From IMG/VR virus record IMGVR_UViG_3300032320_002455, positions 1 to 27,737 of that record: 27,737 nucleotides of DNA. The stretch is one strand, 5' to 3'. The stretch's first letter is position 1. Each line of letters begins with the position of its first letter. Below the pieces are notes generated by a model. It was not told the DNA's origin. It did not search any database and was given only the letters and a program-made list of their open reading frames with translations. This DNA comes from a virus (Duplodnaviria; Caudoviricetes). Position numbers and translations under genes: made by a program. Below are positions 25,280 to 27,737 of this stretch, piece after piece.

Positions 25280-25805
25280 TTTAAAAGATTTAACTGCCGC
25301 AAAACATAAAATTGCAGAATCACAACCATTTATTGTATCTATTTTTCAAGGCAAAGTAGACAAAGAAAAATATATTGATTATCTATATCAATTAAGAATT
25401 CTTTATCATACAATGGAATATTTTGCTGATAAAATAAAGCTATTAGATGGGATTGAAGATATTAAAAGAGCGAAAGCTATAGAGTTAGATTTTGCAGAAT
25501 TAGCAAATGGCGAAATGACATCTTATATGACCAAACCATCAACCTTAAAATATTTGAAATATTTAGATAGTATTCAAAATAATCCTAAGGCACTTATGGC
25601 TCATATCTATGTACGTCACATGGGAGATTTATTTGGAGGACAGGCACTAGCAAAATTGCTACCTGGGCCAAATAATATGTTTAAGTTTGAAGACATACCT
25701 TCATTAATTAAACGTGTTCGAGAAAAATTAGATGTATCTATGGCTGAGGAAGCTAATCTTGCGTTTGATTTTAACATTGCAATGATTAAGGAATATAATG
25801 ACTGA
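25272..25805 (+). CDS. hemO: Heme oxygenase (biliverdin-producing)
   Basis: LKDLT...H..AE proximal His, AHIYVRHMGDLFGGQ distal helix, EEAN.AF.FN. Confidence 0.9.
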   Translation: MSSLKDLTAAKHKIAESQPFIVSIFQGKVDKEKYIDYLYQLRILYHTMEYFADKIKLLDGIEDIKRAKAIELDFAELANGEMTSYMTKPSTLKYLKYLDSIQNNPKALMAHIYVRHMGDLFGGQALAKLLPGPNNMFKFEDIPSLIKRVREKLDVSMAEEANLAFDFNIAMIKEYND

Positions 25806-26484
25806 TACCTTAAATGCTTGGGATAGAGCTAGGGCTTTGGCAGAAAAAATTATATCTAAATTCGAAGGATATGAAAAAGAAAGTATTGATCCAAAATATG
25901 AAATAGGCGAAACAGATTTACAATGGAAAAATTATCTTTGGAAATCTGATAAGTTTCGCAGAGCGCATATAGAAATAGTTGATGCTAGTGTAACTAAAAA
26001 GATGTGGGTTATGCATATGTGTATCTATCCTCATTACGACTCCCCTGACCCTATTTTCGGATTTGATATTGTATGCGGTGCACATAAGATAACAGGTGCT
26101 TTTCATGATTTTTCGCATGTAGGTGCATCTAATACTTATAATTGGTTTCAAGGCCGCATGGCAGGATTATCATGGTCTAAACCAAGAGAGTTGCCCGAAT
26201 GGGCGAAAAAAATATTTAGCCCCCAAATGCTTGCCGCGGGTAATATACAAACAAACGAAGAGTTTGATCAACTAGAAAAAGTAGTTATTGACAATCTAGA
26301 TTATTATCTTTATAATATAGGAACAGTAATAAAGGGGGCGGACTTTTCGCCTAGACAAAATCACTATTGCAGAAATCAAAAATTAAATCCTCATACGCCA
26401 GCCATGATGGCAACATTTGGGGTAGATAAAGATATTTTTGCAAAGTTCATGGACGAGGTTTTATTTCCGGAAAAAAATGGATAA
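25798..26484 (+). CDS. pcyX: Ferredoxin-dependent bilin reductase (PcyX/PcyA-like)
   Basis: FRRAHIE, MH.CIYP, PIFGFD, GAFHDFS, RELPEWA..IFS, Q..YC..QK.NPHT; coupled to heme oxygenase. Confidence 0.82.
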   Translation: MTDTLNAWDRARALAEKIISKFEGYEKESIDPKYEIGETDLQWKNYLWKSDKFRRAHIEIVDASVTKKMWVMHMCIYPHYDSPDPIFGFDIVCGAHKITGAFHDFSHVGASNTYNWFQGRMAGLSWSKPRELPEWAKKIFSPQMLAAGNIQTNEEFDQLEKVVIDNLDYYLYNIGTVIKGADFSPRQNHYCRNQKLNPHTPAMMATFGVDKDIFAKFMDEVLFPEKNG

Positions 26485-26743
26485 AGAAATAGAATACATA
26501 TTAACAGATAGTTTAATCATAACTAAAAAATTTAGATCACCTAATGAGTTTTCACTTTACATTGAGGAAAAAGTAACAAGAGAAAAGATTGGATATATGG
26601 ATGCTATAATTCAATATTGTGAAGAAATAGATATTGACATTGAATCTATATCAAAATTAATAAATCAATCTTTAAGAGATAAAGTCCAAAACGAAGCTGA
26701 AGACCAAAACTATTTTAAACGTAGAGGAAAATTACCCCTGTGA
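26477..26743 (+). CDS. 33: Late transcription coactivator gp33
   Basis: FS..IE..V.....YMDAI..YCEE..ID......LI..SL..K...EA; directly upstream of gp59. Confidence 0.85.
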   Translation: MDKEIEYILTDSLIITKKFRSPNEFSLYIEEKVTREKIGYMDAIIQYCEEIDIDIESISKLINQSLRDKVQNEAEDQNYFKRRGKLPL

Positions 26744-27345
26744 TTATGGATGAATTCGGTGTTTACAAAATGTACATTGCTTTAAAATTGCATTTCACCA
26801 CAGATAATTATGACATAACAAAAAGAAATGGAAGAGTAAAAGCTAGTAGACAAGCTTTTGCTAAAAGAACAGATCTTTTTTCAATTAAGAAAATATCTAA
26901 AACCTACAGCGACGAAGAGATCGCAAATTTCTTAGTTTCAAATTTTATATCTGGCGATCGCTGGGGCGGAATGTTTGACTCTGAAGCAGGTAAAACATAT
27001 ACAGAATGGAAGGGTAAAATTGAGAGTTTGACGTATAATTTTACCAAAGACTTAGATAATCTAATGGACGAGTTAGACAAAGACAATCTAACATTCAAAG
27101 ATGCATTCACAATTACAAAATCCCAGCATCCATATATATTAAAAATGTTTCTCAGGAAATCTGTATCCTTAGAAACAATGGTGATTCTAGAAAAAATATT
27201 CCCATACTTAGAATACTTCGATAAAGAACTAGACGGGGATATTCTTTGGCCGGATACATCAAGATTAATTAAAAAATATAAGCCTTTTTTAAAATTTGAC
27301 AAAGAAAAATACAATGAAATCTTTAGAAAAAGAAATGGATCTTAA
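26740..27345 (+). CDS. 59: Helicase loader gp59
   Basis: Y.MYIALKLHFT...YD..K..G, F.KR.D, SLET..IL, KKY.PF; T4 synteny 33-59. Confidence 0.88.
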   Translation: MIMDEFGVYKMYIALKLHFTTDNYDITKRNGRVKASRQAFAKRTDLFSIKKISKTYSDEEIANFLVSNFISGDRWGGMFDSEAGKTYTEWKGKIESLTYNFTKDLDNLMDELDKDNLTFKDAFTITKSQHPYILKMFLRKSVSLETMVILEKIFPYLEYFDKELDGDILWPDTSRLIKKYKPFLKFDKEKYNEIFRKRNGS

Positions 27346-27553
27346 TCTTACAGATAGAAAGATTCGAGATTTAGAGTTGGAATTGATAATCACTAAAGAA
27401 CTATTAACTAGTTGTATTGGCTCAGTTAAGGAAACTCAAAGATTTCTTATGAAGCTGGCAGCTAATCAGCAAGAGCTTACACGAAGGGTTGCAACTTGGC
27501 CTTTTATTGTAATACCCTCAGATGGCAATGAGGTAGATGATGATATTATTTAA
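27335..27553 (+). CDS. Hypothetical coiled-coil protein
   Basis: ATG 27335 overlapping the end of gene 59. Confidence 0.65.
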   Translation: MDLNLTDRKIRDLELELIITKELLTSCIGSVKETQRFLMKLAANQQELTRRVATWPFIVIPSDGNEVDDDII

Positions 27554-27574
27554 ATAGGAGAATATTCTTTTAAA

Positions 27575-27737
27575 ATGTCTATTAAAAAAAGAAACGTAGA
27601 TTTCGATACGGAAAAAAAAGTTAAGAACATTCGGCAAAAAAATGTACTTGACAAACATCGAAAACTTATATATAATATAGCATCCTCAAAGTCTATACAA
27701 GAGGACGATGACGATGCTTTAGATTATGCTTATGTGG
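27575..27737 (+). CDS. Hypothetical protein, truncated by right edge
   Basis: MSIKKRNVDFDTEKKVKNIRQKNVLDKHRKLIYNIA..., open to the end. Confidence 0.55.
   Translation, partial: MSIKKRNVDFDTEKKVKNIRQKNVLDKHRKLIYNIASSKSIQEDDDDALDYAYV
27648..27676 (+). promoter_or_regulatory. Sigma70-type promoter (possibly for a downstream gene 32)
   Basis: TTGACA(27648-53)-17 nt-TATAAT(27671-76); target gene inferred only from T4 synteny. Confidence 0.75.

Noticed and set aside
98-27314. All minus-strand ORFs and nested alternate-frame ORFs (e.g. 8486..8755, 15889..16071, 19000..19302)
   Set aside because: They shadow well-supported plus-strand genes and show no recognisable motifs.
1-27737. Stop-codon reassignment, introns or inteins
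   Set aside because: Core genes are full length under the standard code, with no unexplained insertions or long gaps.

Overview
AT-rich, gene-dense, essentially all-plus-strand segment of a large T4-like (Tevenvirinae/cyanomyovirus-style) phage genome. Core genes include RNase H, DsbA, ATP-dependent DNA ligase, PhoH, a PD-(D/E)XK exonuclease, gp33 and gp59. Sigma70-type promoters and TATAAATA late promoters are both present. The ErpA and ArnA-like genes suggest a betaproteobacterial host (inference). Auxiliary genes include NDP-sugar and heptose-type enzymes, a flavin-dependent halogenase, three 2OG-Fe(II) oxygenases, a PlcP-like phosphoesterase plus GT4 pair, and a heme oxygenase plus bilin reductase pair. 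Features not shown in the ORF track: (1) a candidate programmed -1 frameshift (A_AAA_AAG plus hairpin or pseudoknot) adding an amphipathic-helix tail to a conserved phage protein; (2) a circularly permuted two-piece tmRNA; (3) promoter-overlapping hairpins that would gate translation of two genes; (4) a structured leader upstream of the PlcP-like gene. All family assignments come from motif recognition by eye, without database searches.
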